Shown piece by piece: positions 20,355 to 30,373 of a DNA stretch of 64,000 nucleotides; position 1 is the first letter of the stretch; each line of letters begins with the position of its first letter. The notes under the pieces were generated by a model, which did no database searches, was not told the origin of the DNA, and saw nothing but the letters and a program-made list of their open reading frames with translations. Made by a program: the position numbers and the translations under genes. The DNA is from an uncultured delta proteobacterium. Its GTDB lineage: Bacteria > Myxococcota_A > Polyangia > Fen-1088. The stretch spans positions 224,001 through 288,000 of the forward strand of contig CAVYGB010000010.1 of the NCBI GenBank assembly GCA_963767925.1. Reading direction: 5' to 3'.

Positions 20355-21737
20355 ATGGGCTCTGCCTCCCTGGTCCTGCTCGGTGGGCTGGCCGGCTCGC
20401 TGGCCCTGGCCATGCTGGCCGGGATCGCGGCGGGCGCCCCCCCGGAGCGGCGCTGGGTCGTGAGCTGGCTGGGATCGGCCCACGGTCCCTATCCGTCGGG
20501 CAACGGCTCGGCGCAGCCGGACCTGCGGCTCGTGTTTCCCACGCCGGCCAGCGGCGCCCGCGATCAGTCTTTCCGCCTCATCGTCCGCCCGGAGCTCTGG
20601 GGCTGCCAGACGCGCTTGCGGTTCAGCAACGCCTTCGGCAGCAAGCCGGTGACCTTCGCCGACGTCCACCTGGGGCTGCAGCTCGCCGGCTCGGCCGTCG
20701 TGGCCGGCACCAGCCGGCCGGTCGCCTTCGCCGGCGGCAAGCAGCGCGTGTCGGTCGCTCCGGGCGAGTCGGTCTGGAGCGATCCGGTCGACCTGCCCTT
20801 CGCCTGCGGCCCGGCTGCCGCCGCCCTGGCCGGGCGAAAGCTGGCGGTGAGCTTCCACATCCCCGGCGAGAGCGGCCCCATGACCTGGCACGCCAAGGCG
20901 CTGCAGACGTCTTACCTGAGCGCAGCGGGCGCCGGCGGGAAAGGCGCGAGCCGCCCCGCCGAGGAGAGCGAGGGCGGCTTTCCCTTCAGCACCACCTCCT
21001 GGTTCTTCCTCGACGCCCTCGAGATGGCGACCAGCGATCCCCGGGCCCACGCCGTCGTCGCCTTCGGCGACTCGATCACCGACGGGACCAACTCCACCCT
21101 CAACGGCGACGATCGCTGGCCCGACGTGCTGGGCCGGAGGCTGCGCGCCACCCAGGGCGACCGGGTGGCGGTGGTCAACGCCGGCATCGGCGGCAATCAG
21201 GTGCGCGGCCCCAAGCAATACAACGTGGCCAAGCCGGTGCCGGGAGGGCCCTCCGCCCTCAGCCGGCTCGAGCGGGACGTGCTGGCGCTGTCGGGCGTCT
21301 CCACCGTGATCTGGTTCGAGGGGATCAACGACTTCGGCAAGCAGAACGACGCCTCCCTCGAGGAGGTGAAGGCCGGCCTCCAGGAGGGCGTCGCGCGCAT
21401 GCGGTCCCGCCTGCCGGGCGTCCGCATCCTCGGCGCGACGGTCACCACCGCGCTCGGCGCGCAGGGCAACCACGGCCACGCCGAGGAGGACCGACGGCGA
21501 CAGGCCCTCAACGCCTTCATCCGCGGGGCCGACCTGTTCGATGGCGTCCTGGACTTCGATCGGGCGGTGCTGGATCCGGCGACCGGGCGGCTCCGGCCCG
21601 AGCTCGTGCACAACACGACGGTGGGGGGAAAGGGCGACGGCATCCACCCCAACCGCCTCGGGTACCTGGCCATGGCCCTCTCGGTGGACCTCGCCCTCTT
21701 CGAGCCCGGCGCGCGGCCGCCTGCCCGCCGACCTTAA
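20355..21737 (+). CDS. Secreted SGNH/GDSL hydrolase
   Basis: VAFGDSITDG, NAGIGGN, EGIND, DGIHPN catalytic blocks; start uncertain. Confidence 0.9.
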   Translation: MGSASLVLLGGLAGSLALAMLAGIAAGAPPERRWVVSWLGSAHGPYPSGNGSAQPDLRLVFPTPASGARDQSFRLIVRPELWGCQTRLRFSNAFGSKPVTFADVHLGLQLAGSAVVAGTSRPVAFAGGKQRVSVAPGESVWSDPVDLPFACGPAAAALAGRKLAVSFHIPGESGPMTWHAKALQTSYLSAAGAGGKGASRPAEESEGGFPFSTTSWFFLDALEMATSDPRAHAVVAFGDSITDGTNSTLNGDDRWPDVLGRRLRATQGDRVAVVNAGIGGNQVRGPKQYNVAKPVPGGPSALSRLERDVLALSGVSTVIWFEGINDFGKQNDASLEEVKAGLQEGVARMRSRLPGVRILGATVTTALGAQGNHGHAEEDRRRQALNAFIRGADLFDGVLDFDRAVLDPATGRLRPELVHNTTVGGKGDGIHPNRLGYLAMALSVDLALFEPGARPPARRP

Positions 21738-21775
21738 TCTCAATTAAACAATGTAATCTGACGAACGGTAGGGTC

Positions 21776-22744
21776 GTGAGCGCTTGCCGCGCGTCCGTCC
21801 CCGATCCGCCGCCCGGGCGGTGGCCCGGCGCTCGGCTCCTCGTCTTGTGGTGCGGCATCCTGGCCTGCGGGCCGACGCAAGCGGTCGACCGCGCCGAGCT
21901 GGTCAGCCCGAGAGATGCTCAGGGTGGCGCCGGCGGGTCCGGCGGGCCGGACGCCATGGGAGGCACGGGCGGAGCCGGAGGACGTGGCGACGCTGGCCAG
22001 ACCGAGGACGCGGGCCCGGGCGAGGATCTCGTCCCGGAAGGGGACGCCGCCCCTCCCGACGCGCCGGGCGCGCTCGACAGCACACTGGAGGCGCTGCCAG
22101 CCGCGGACACAGCGCCGGCCGACGCGCCGCCAATCGATGCCGCGCCAGCTCCGGACACCCAGGTCGATTCTCCGCCCGAGCTGCCCTTCGTCTCAATCAG
22201 CCATGCCCCGGGCGTCGCGAGCACCGACCTCACCGCGGAGGGGACCCACGACTGGCGCCACTGGGGCTACAACGCCTCCTCGGCCGCCAACCGCAAGCGC
22301 AACGGCCCCGGGATCATCCGCATGGAGGCCATCGGCTCCGGGGAGATCGGCCGCTACATCGATCGGCCGGTTCGCTTCTCCTGGAACGACGGCTGGCCGA
22401 CCTCGAGCGCCGCGGAGACGCCGGACGGCATCGTGGTGGGGGACAGGGAGGGACGGGGCTTCGAGGTCGAGGTGACGGGCAGCCCCACGGTCACCCGCCG
22501 GATCAAGGCCCACCTCGGGGTCTGGGGGGCACGCGCCCGCCTCACCGTGACGCTGTCAGATCGGGCCGGCACCGTCTACGCGGACAACAGCCTGGTGGCC
22601 GGCGAGCCCGGGGCCGACCGGATCTACTCGATCCTGTTTCAGCCCTCGGTCCAGACACAGAAGCTGGTCCTGCGCTGGACCGTGGAGAACATCAATCAGA
22701 CGTACGGCAACGTGACGTTACAGGCCGTGTCGGTGGCCGAATAA
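21776..22744 (+). CDS. Putative lipoprotein with low-complexity linker and C-terminal beta-rich domain
   Basis: ILAC lipobox-like motif, Gly/Asp/Pro linker, 'DLTAEGTHDWRHWG' domain; start uncertain. Confidence 0.65.
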   Translation: MSACRASVPDPPPGRWPGARLLVLWCGILACGPTQAVDRAELVSPRDAQGGAGGSGGPDAMGGTGGAGGRGDAGQTEDAGPGEDLVPEGDAAPPDAPGALDSTLEALPAADTAPADAPPIDAAPAPDTQVDSPPELPFVSISHAPGVASTDLTAEGTHDWRHWGYNASSAANRKRNGPGIIRMEAIGSGEIGRYIDRPVRFSWNDGWPTSSAAETPDGIVVGDREGRGFEVEVTGSPTVTRRIKAHLGVWGARARLTVTLSDRAGTVYADNSLVAGEPGADRIYSILFQPSVQTQKLVLRWTVENINQTYGNVTLQAVSVAE

Positions 22745-22749
22745 CGCCC

Positions 22750-22788
22750 CGTTGCCGTACCTCGTTGCCGTACCTCGTTGCCGTACCT
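22750..22788. repeat. 13-bp tandem repeat x3 in a convergent intergenic gap
   Basis: CGTTGCCGTACCT three times, followed by a T run. Confidence 0.92.
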
Positions 22789-22799
22789 TTTTACCCGGC

Positions 22800-25605
22800 T
22801 CAGTAGCGGTAGTTGATCCCCAGCCGCATCCGGAAGGGAGCCATCCAGCCGGTGTCCACGCCGAAGTTCTGGCCGTCGTTCTGGCCGTAGGCCGTCGGCG
22901 TGCGCAGCCCCAGGACGTTGAGGGCATCGACGTAAAAGTCGACCTGGTGGCCGATGAACGAGGCCAGCGAGAAGCGGGCCTGGACGTTGAACTCCTGGAT
23001 GTCGGGGTAACGGAGCGCCCGATCGTCCGTGGGGTCGTTCAGGTTGGTCCCGGGTTGATCCCGCGCTGGGCCCGGTAGTTCTCGAAGGTGTTGGTCACCT
23101 GGTTGAGGAACAGCCGGTTGTAGATGAAGCCGGACGCGTACTGGTAACGCATGCCGAGCGACAGCCAGCGGGTGGGCGCCCAGGTGGCGGAGGCCTTGAT
23201 GTCGTGGCGCCGGTCGTCGGGCAGGTTCCCGTCGAGGAAGACGTCGCGACCGGGGATGTCGCCCCAGGGGTTGTTCGACCCGTTGAAGACCGTCCCGTCG
23301 AGCTTGCTCAAGGTGTAAGAGACGTAGGTCCGGACCGGCCCCTGCCGCTTGTTGATGGCGAAGGTGAGGCCGCGGTAGGTGCGGGTGGCCTCCTCCGGCG
23401 TGCCCATGTCGATCACGGTCTCGGCCCGGCCGTTGCGATAACCGACGACGGCGGTGCCGGCATTGTTCCAGATGCGGTTGGTCTCCCGCGTCTCGTACTG
23501 GTTGGCGAACTTCCGGTAAACCGACGTCCAGGGCCAGGGCGACGCCCGGGATGATCTCGCGCTCGACGCCGAGGGTGTACTCGAAGGTCCGGGGGACCTC
23601 GAGCTTCTCCCGGCAGTCGTTGCCCTGGGCGTCGATGCCGGTCGGGCCGCAGGGGGTCCCGAAGGTGTTCCGGCTGGGACCCCCGCTGTACACGCAATCA
23701 CGCGAGTAAGAGGAGGTCGTCGGATCCCACAGGCAGCGCTGGGTGGTGGGGTCGCCCGAGGTGTGGAGCACCGGGGTGCGGATCGCCACGTCGACGTACT
23801 GGCTGTAGGCGCCCCGGATGACGGTGCGGCCGTCGTGGGTGGCGTCCCAGGCCGAGGCCACGCTCGGCGCCCAGGTCTTGTTGTCGACCACGGTGTCGCC
23901 GTCGCTGTTCTGGCCCCAGGTCCAGATCCAGCTCAGGGCGGGGGTGATGGTCAGGTGGCGGGTGGGCCGCCAGGCGTCGCTGAGGGCGGCGTTGTTCCGG
24001 TAGAGCACGTCGGTGCCGATCCACCACCCGTAGCGGGCCTGCTCGGTGCGCGGGTCGTTGGAGTAGAACGTGGTGCGGGCCAGCGGGACGTCGACGCCGT
24101 TGTACTCGTCGAAGTAGTTACCCGGCTGCGCGTACCGGCGGATCTCCTTCTCGGTGTAGAACTGGTTCTTGAGCTGGAAGTTGTGCTCGCCCAGCAGCTT
24201 GTGGTCGACGAAGTACTCCAGCTTGCTGAAGGCCTGCCAGACGTAGAGGTCCTCGCGCCGGTGGGGCACGTTGCGGCCGTTGGTGCAGTCGCCGGTTCCG
24301 TTGCAGCCCTGGGCGACGTTGCCCGACTCGACCCGCCGGGGGTAGGTGTTGATCACGCCCGGGGTGGCGTCACAGTCGCCCAGGTTGCCGTCTTCACAGC
24401 CGTAGGGGTACCAGTACTGGGGCCGCTGGCTGTAGGCCGCCTGCAGCCGGAACACCAGGCTGTCGGTGAGCAGCGCCTCCCAGATGAGGCCCCACAGACC
24501 GCTGGGGCCGGCGCGGCGGTTCTGCTGCGCCTCCTGCTGGACGCCGAGGTCGTTCTTCATGTTCCCGTTGAAGGCGCTGTCGAAGTTGCTGAGGAAGGTC
24601 AGCTTGTTGCGACCGTTCATCTGCCAGGTCAGCTTCGCGGTGCCCTTGTTGATCAGCTTGAGGTGGGGGGGCGACTGAGGAACGATGCCTTCCGGAGTCC
24701 GGGTCCCGGCCCTGGCCGAGCGCGTGCGACTCGAAGGCCACCGCGTACCAGAGCTTGTCCTTGATGATGGGACCGGCCAGGGCGGGGTTGACCAGGTAGT
24801 AGTAGTTGCCCGGGGCGTCGCGGCTGTCGCCGAAGCGGAGTGTGTCGTTCTCCGCGGTGGCGTTGAACTCGAACTCGAACTTGTTCGAGCCGGTCTTGGT
24901 CACGAGGTTGACGATGCCGCCCGAAGCGGTGGCGTTGTCCGCGCCGTAGCCGGCGCTCTGGATCTCGTAGGCCGCGGAGGCCTTCGTCACCGGGAACTGG
25001 TCCCGCATGTCGAAGCCGTCCTGGGTGAAGATGGTCTGGTTGGCCGCGCCGCCGCGGACCCGGGTGCCGCCGACGCCGCCGCCGGTGACCGCGCCGCCGA
25101 TCTGTCCGACCATCTGGTTGAACACCTGATCCCGGCTGTTGAAGGGCATCGCCTCGACGAAGTCGAGGTCGTAGACCTCCTTGACGTTGGTGCTGGTGGT
25201 GCTGACGGTGGGCGCGCGTTCGACGACGCGAACCTCCTCCACCGCGGACTGCACCTCCATCACGATGTTGACCTCGGCGGAGGCGCTGATGCCGACGCGG
25301 ACATCCTTCTGGATGACCGTCTTCAGCTTCGGCGCGGTGGCCGTCACCTGGAAGGTTCCCGGGAAGAGCTGCCGCATCCGGAACATGCCCTCCTCGTTCG
25401 TGTAGGCCGACTTCGTGCCGCCGATCTGGGTGGGCGACGCGGCCACGATCTTCACGCCAGACAGGGGTGCCCCCGTCTGATCGAAGACGTACCCGATGAT
25501 CGAGCCGTCGCTACCACCTTGGGCGGCCGCCGTGACCGGCGGCAGTGTTGCTGCGAGCACACCGAGGGTAACGAGGAACCCGGTTCTCATTCTGGCTGCC
25601 ACCAC
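22800..25605 (-). CDS. Oar-like TonB-dependent receptor with carboxypeptidase-regulatory-like N-domain; three frameshifts
   Basis: AGGAGG + GTG; 'GSIIGYVFDQTGAPLSGV', 'GGIVNLVTKTGSN', 'GPIIKDKLW', terminal 'LGINYRY'; frame changes at ~24697, ~23522 and ~23050. Confidence 0.85.
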
Positions 25606-25905
25606 TGTGTCCTCCTAAGCCTATTTGGCCGTGACGTACGCACGCGGGCTCGGCGCCTGAGGGGCAACACGCCCCCCCCTGCCCCGATCAGGCGTGATTT
25701 AACCCTCAATTAACCCCGGGGAAAAGCACGTTTGATCAGACGCGATGAGTTAGACCTGGAAACCGACGCGCCGCCCCGCCCGTGACTCCGACCACCACCA
25801 CCCCGGGGCTCGGTGAAAAACGTTCCCTGCAGCAATCTGAGCGACGCGGTCCGCTCGAGGTCACGAACTGGGCCGCGCCACCGCAGGGTGTCTGGCGCGC
25901 CCGGA

Positions 25906-26601
25906 TCAGCGGCCCTTGATGAGCAGCCCGTCGGGCACGGGATACCCTCCGAGGATCTCCACGCTGATCGCGCCGATGGCACAGGAGAGCTGGGCCGAGG
26001 GACCACCGTCGAGCAGCAGCGCGCTGGTGAAGCCGAGCTCGGCGAGGAGCGCGGCCAGCTCGTCGGCGCCGATCGATCGCCGGGTGACCGCGACGGTGAG
26101 CGAGCGCCCCTCCCGGTCGAGCGCCACCGCCGTGCGCCGGGAGAACTGCGGCTTCAGGCGGGTGGGCCGCCCATCGACGAGAATGCGCGGGCCCACCTGG
26201 ATGGCGGCGCGGATGGTGGGATCGGGGAGGTAGTCGCGCGAGTGGACGATGGAGGCCCGTCCGTCGCGCAGCAGGAGCACGCCCCAGTCCACGCGCGGCC
26301 GCAGCCCCAGGACGGTGCGGCCCCCGGCGATGCGCAGCCCCAGCGGGCGACCGCGCTCGTCGAAGAAGCCGCCGTTGACCGCCAGGAGCGCCTGCCCTTC
26401 CTCGCGGAGCTTCACTGCCGTGAGCGGCCGCTCGGCCCCCGGCACCACCACCTCCACCCGGTACCGCTGCAGCTGGAAGCGAAAGAGCTGGGTCTCTCCC
26501 TCGGCGCGGGTCAACATCTCCACCCCCTGCGCCACCGGCTGCCACCGCGGCCCCGGCGCCTGCAGCAGGCCGAGCAGGCACGGCAGCAGCGCCGGGATCA
26601 T
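25906..26601 (-). CDS. Phosphodiester glycosidase (NAGPA) family protein
   Basis: AVNGGFF, QVGPRIL, RRTAVA, LLLDGGPS motifs. Confidence 0.85.
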   Translation of the reverse strand: MIPALLPCLLGLLQAPGPRWQPVAQGVEMLTRAEGETQLFRFQLQRYRVEVVVPGAERPLTAVKLREEGQALLAVNGGFFDERGRPLGLRIAGGRTVLGLRPRVDWGVLLLRDGRASIVHSRDYLPDPTIRAAIQVGPRILVDGRPTRLKPQFSRRTAVALDREGRSLTVAVTRRSIGADELAALLAELGFTSALLLDGGPSAQLSCAIGAISVEILGGYPVPDGLLIKGR

Positions 26602-26623
26602 GGCAGCGGCGGGCGGAGTGACC

Positions 26624-27538
26624 TCAGCCGAGCTGGCGCGCCGACAGCTCGAGGCGGTAGCTGTGGGTGCCGCCGGCGGCGAGCTGGCGGGTGCCCGCCC
26701 GGTTGAGGGCGTTGGGCGCGTCGGTCCAGGGCTCGAGGCAGACGTAGGTGGCGTCGGGCGAGGCGCTCCAGATCACCCAGGTGGGAAAGCTCTGCTCGCT
26801 GCCCGCCACCGAGACCTTGGCGGCGAAGCCCGAGGCGGGGTCCTCCACCTCGAGGGCGGTCACGCCCGTCTCGGTCAGCACCACCGACCCGGACAGCTCG
26901 GGGGCGGTGACCGGGATCGATCGGGCCGCCTCGGGCGCGCGGGTGATGCTGCGCCAGGCGTCGGAGGTCTGCAGCCGCACGCCGGCCGGCGCCCGCACCA
27001 GGCAGCGGGCCCGGTCCCCGCCCGTTCCCAGGGGCGCGCGCAGGTAGGGGTGAAAGCCGAGAGCGTAGGGGAAGGGCTCCTTGCCCCGGTTCTCGAGCTC
27101 GGTCTCGAGCACCAGCCCGGTGCGCTCGATCCGGTAGGTCATCGACAGCTCGAAGTCGAAGGGGAAGCCCATCCGGAAGCCCGGATGGGGCACCACCACC
27201 GCGGTCAGCGAGCGGCCGTCGAGCTGCTCGACCTGCCAGTACACGTTGCGGGCCCAGCCGTGCATCGGCATCGGCAGGAAGGCGCCCTTGTGATCCCAGC
27301 CGTCGGTGCGGGAGCCGTTGCTCAGACCCACCGCCGGGAACAGGACCGGATTGCCGTAGCGCCGGTCGGCCGGCTCCCGGCCGGGAGGGGGCACGTAGAT
27401 GGTCTCCACCTGGCGGCCCCCGACGTCGGCCTGGTAGCTGAAGAGCTGGAAGCCGCGCTCCGGGTAGACCAGCGCCCGGCTCTTGCCGTCGGTGAGCTCG
27501 ATGAGGCGAGAAGAGAGAATGTCCTGCGAAGAAGCCAT
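26624..27538 (-). CDS. Aldose 1-epimerase family protein
   Basis: GNPVLFP, HGWAR, FPFDF, GFHPY, YVCLEPW. Confidence 0.9.
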   Translation of the reverse strand: MASSQDILSSRLIELTDGKSRALVYPERGFQLFSYQADVGGRQVETIYVPPPGREPADRRYGNPVLFPAVGLSNGSRTDGWDHKGAFLPMPMHGWARNVYWQVEQLDGRSLTAVVVPHPGFRMGFPFDFELSMTYRIERTGLVLETELENRGKEPFPYALGFHPYLRAPLGTGGDRARCLVRAPAGVRLQTSDAWRSITRAPEAARSIPVTAPELSGSVVLTETGVTALEVEDPASGFAAKVSVAGSEQSFPTWVIWSASPDATYVCLEPWTDAPNALNRAGTRQLAAGGTHSYRLELSARQLG

Positions 27539-27539
27539 G

Positions 27540-29126
27540 TCAAACGTCCTCCTGCGACCAGCGGCCATCGATCAAGCGAAAGGTCTTCCCGGTGGGGTTC
27601 TTGCCGGCCAGCAGCGGCGGCAGCCGGTGCTCCCGGACGCCGTCGTAACACTGAAGGGCGGCGAACCGCCGCAGGGAGGCGGGGATGCCCACGGCGGTGA
27701 AGCCAGGGTGTCCGGTCGCCGGGTAGGGGCCGCCGTGGTTCATGGCCGGCGAGACGGCCACCCCGGTCGGCATCTTGTCGTTGAGCAGCCGCCCTACCTT
27801 GTCGCGCAGGATGGGGGCCACTTTGGCGTAGGCCGCCTCGTCGGCGCCGCCGGCGTCCGAGTAGATGCAGCCGGTGAGGTTGCCGTCGAGGGCCGAGAGG
27901 ATGCTGGCCACCTGATCCAGATCGCGGGCCAGCACGACGAGGCTGGCGTTGCCGAAGGCCTCCTCCTGCATCGCCGTGGGGTTGCTCAGGAACCCCTCGC
28001 CCGTCACCTTCAGCAGCGTGTTCTGGTGGCTGTAGCCGCGCCCGCCGCCCACCGCGCCGCCCGCCAGCAGCTCGGCTCCGGCCCCGCGCAGGACGCCGAC
28101 GGCGTGTTGCAGGCGGTCCTGCACCGAGCGCCCCAGCAACGTCCCCACCGGAGCGGCGGCCAGCTTGTCCCGCACGCGCTCGACCAGGGTGTCGCTGTCG
28201 GCGCCGGCCAGCAGGATCACCAGCCCGGGGCTGGTGCAAAACTGTCCCGTGCCGAGCAGGCAGGATCCCGCCAGCTCGTCGGCCACCTCCGCGCCCCGGC
28301 TGGCCAGCGCGCCCGGCAGGATCAGCACCGGGTTGATGCTCGACAGCTCGAGGTAGATCGGCTTGCCCGCCTTGTCGGCGGCCTCCTTGAGCACCAGTCC
28401 GGCCGAGCGGGCGCCGGTGTAGCCGGTGGCGGCCACCTTGGGGTGGGCCACCAGGCGCTTGCCGGTCTCGTGATCGGTCCGGTAGAGGAGCTGCACGGTG
28501 CTCGGGGGGAGGCCGGCCGCCGCCAGCGCGGCCGCCGCCTCGATGATCAGCAGCCGGGTTGTGCCGGGGTGGGCGGTGTTGGCCTTGGCGATGACCGGGT
28601 TGCCGGCGGCGATGGCGGCGGCGAAGTCCCCGCCCGCTGCGCTGTTGAAGGCGAAGGGGAAGTTGTTGGGTCCGAACACGACGACGCCGCCGACCAGCGG
28701 GGCGTAGCAGGAGCGGATCTTGGCCTTGGTGTCGATGGTGGGCAGGGCCCAGGAGCCGTCGCGCGTGGCGGCGGCGGCCTGGCGGAGCTGGCCGGTGGTG
28801 CGGGGCAGCTCGACCTCGTCGAGGCGGGGCTTGCGCGGCAGGGCGGTCTCGGTGTGGGCCATCTCGACGAGGGCCGCCCGGCTGGCCTCGATGCGATCGG
28901 CGAAGGCCTCCAGGAAGCGGGCGATGGGTTCGGGCCCGAGCTGCCGGAGCGCGAGCGAGGCGCGGTGGGCCTGCTCGACGGTCTCGTCGACCTCCCGGGC
29001 CGAGCTGACCGGATAGGTCTCGCCGGTGGACTCGCGGGTCTGGGGGTTGTCGGGGCTGAACGTGCCGGTGGAATCGGACGCGCGCCACTGCCCGCCGATG
29101 AATACGGGTTGGATCGCAGAGGACAT
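27540..29126 (-). CDS. NADP-dependent aldehyde dehydrogenase (alpha-ketoglutaric semialdehyde dehydrogenase-like)
   Basis: FGPNNFPFAF, ELSSINP, GQFCTSPG, EEAFG, PTGVAVSPAMNHGGPYPAT. Confidence 0.9.
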   Translation of the reverse strand: MSSAIQPVFIGGQWRASDSTGTFSPDNPQTRESTGETYPVSSAREVDETVEQAHRASLALRQLGPEPIARFLEAFADRIEASRAALVEMAHTETALPRKPRLDEVELPRTTGQLRQAAAATRDGSWALPTIDTKAKIRSCYAPLVGGVVVFGPNNFPFAFNSAAGGDFAAAIAAGNPVIAKANTAHPGTTRLLIIEAAAALAAAGLPPSTVQLLYRTDHETGKRLVAHPKVAATGYTGARSAGLVLKEAADKAGKPIYLELSSINPVLILPGALASRGAEVADELAGSCLLGTGQFCTSPGLVILLAGADSDTLVERVRDKLAAAPVGTLLGRSVQDRLQHAVGVLRGAGAELLAGGAVGGGRGYSHQNTLLKVTGEGFLSNPTAMQEEAFGNASLVVLARDLDQVASILSALDGNLTGCIYSDAGGADEAAYAKVAPILRDKVGRLLNDKMPTGVAVSPAMNHGGPYPATGHPGFTAVGIPASLRRFAALQCYDGVREHRLPPLLAGKNPTGKTFRLIDGRWSQEDV

Positions 29127-29201
29127 GGCCGGGCATCTTCCGACCAGCGGGGGCCCCGCGCAAGGGTGGAGTCTCGACCACGCTCCGGGCATACTCTGGC
29201 C

Positions 29202-29600
29202 GTGACTGCCGCCGAGCGTGAGCGGTTTCGCGTCAAGCTGCAGACGCTGCGGACCGAGATCCTGGCCGAGGGCGATATCGCCCTCGAGCCCGGGCGCAAG
29301 GACAGCACCGCGGTCGGCAGCGACGAGGACGAGCAGCCGCTGAGCGAGATGAGCCAGGTCATCGCCTCCAAGCGCAACCGCTCGCGCACGGAGGTGCTGG
29401 CCCGGGTCGTCACCGCGCTCAAGCGGCTCGACGACAGCCCCGAGGACTTCGGGGCCTGCGCCGACTGTGGCGACGACATCGGCCGCCGGCTCGAGGCGAT
29501 GCCCTACGTCGAGCGGTGCCTGGAGTGCCAGAGCACCCGGGACGGCGCCGACCTGCCGGCCAAGACCGGGCGCCGCCGCCACGCCGGCGACTATCGCTGA
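29202..29600 (+). CDS. TraR/DksA family C4 zinc-finger protein
   Basis: Coiled coil, then FGACADCGDDI..RLEAMP..RCLECQ. Confidence 0.88.
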   Translation: MTAAERERFRVKLQTLRTEILAEGDIALEPGRKDSTAVGSDEDEQPLSEMSQVIASKRNRSRTEVLARVVTALKRLDDSPEDFGACADCGDDIGRRLEAMPYVERCLECQSTRDGADLPAKTGRRRHAGDYR

Positions 29601-29700
29601 GCGGGCGTCGAAGAAATCAGGGTCGCCCCCATTGAGGCCCGGACGGCCTCCGAATCGTGTTAAGAGGGGGCGTTACACCTTGACTTGACGGAGCTTTCAC

Positions 29701-30360
29701 GTGCGCGAGGCCAACGTGTGCCCCTCGGTCCCCTTCGGGGGGGTTCTGCTCGCCGGCCTGGGCGCGCTGCTGGGCACCCTCGGCTGCAGCGAGGAAAAGA
29801 AGCCCGGTATCCTCATCGAGGTCACGGTGGAGCGGGTGGAGCTGCGCCCCGACCTCGTGCTGTTCGACTGGATCGCGCCGGGCCGCCCGGCCCTGGTGCG
29901 GGGCGAGCTGGCGCCCCGCCCCCGCTCGGGCGACGAGAGCTTCTTCGCCTCGCTGTTCGTCGAGACCCGGGGCCCCCTCGACCAGCCTCGGGTGATCGCC
30001 CTGCAGGGCCGCCTGGCGGACGGGGCCGTCGTTTCGGGCGGCTTCGCCGTCATCCCCACCTCGATCGAGTCGTACCGGAGCTACGCCATCTTGCTGGGCC
30101 CGCCCTTGCCCGACAGCGATCAGAACGGGGCGCCGGACCTGGTCGAGCGCTGCACGAGGTCCGAGGTGGACGCCACCTGCATCGAGGTGCCCGATGCCGG
30201 CCTCCCGCCGCCGGACGCCCCGGTCCTCGAGGACGCCGCGCCCCCACCTCCCGACGCCGCGCCCGACGCCCCGCTGGACAGCGCCCCCGACGCCGGGGCC
30301 GAGGCGCCCGACGCGGACCCCGGCGATACCAGGGACGGCGCCGCCGGCCCGCCCGGCTGA
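29701..30360 (+). CDS. Putative lipoprotein
   Basis: TLGC lipobox, C-terminal (P)DA repeats. Confidence 0.65.
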   Translation: MREANVCPSVPFGGVLLAGLGALLGTLGCSEEKKPGILIEVTVERVELRPDLVLFDWIAPGRPALVRGELAPRPRSGDESFFASLFVETRGPLDQPRVIALQGRLADGAVVSGGFAVIPTSIESYRSYAILLGPPLPDSDQNGAPDLVERCTRSEVDATCIEVPDAGLPPPDAPVLEDAAPPPPDAAPDAPLDSAPDAGAEAPDADPGDTRDGAAGPPG

Positions 30361-30373
30361 GCCGGACCCGGGT

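Noticed and set aside
22750..22788. Short repeats (here, 42390-42437 and 7088-7252) as a CRISPR array
   Set aside because: They are tandem without unique spacers, and there are no cas genes.
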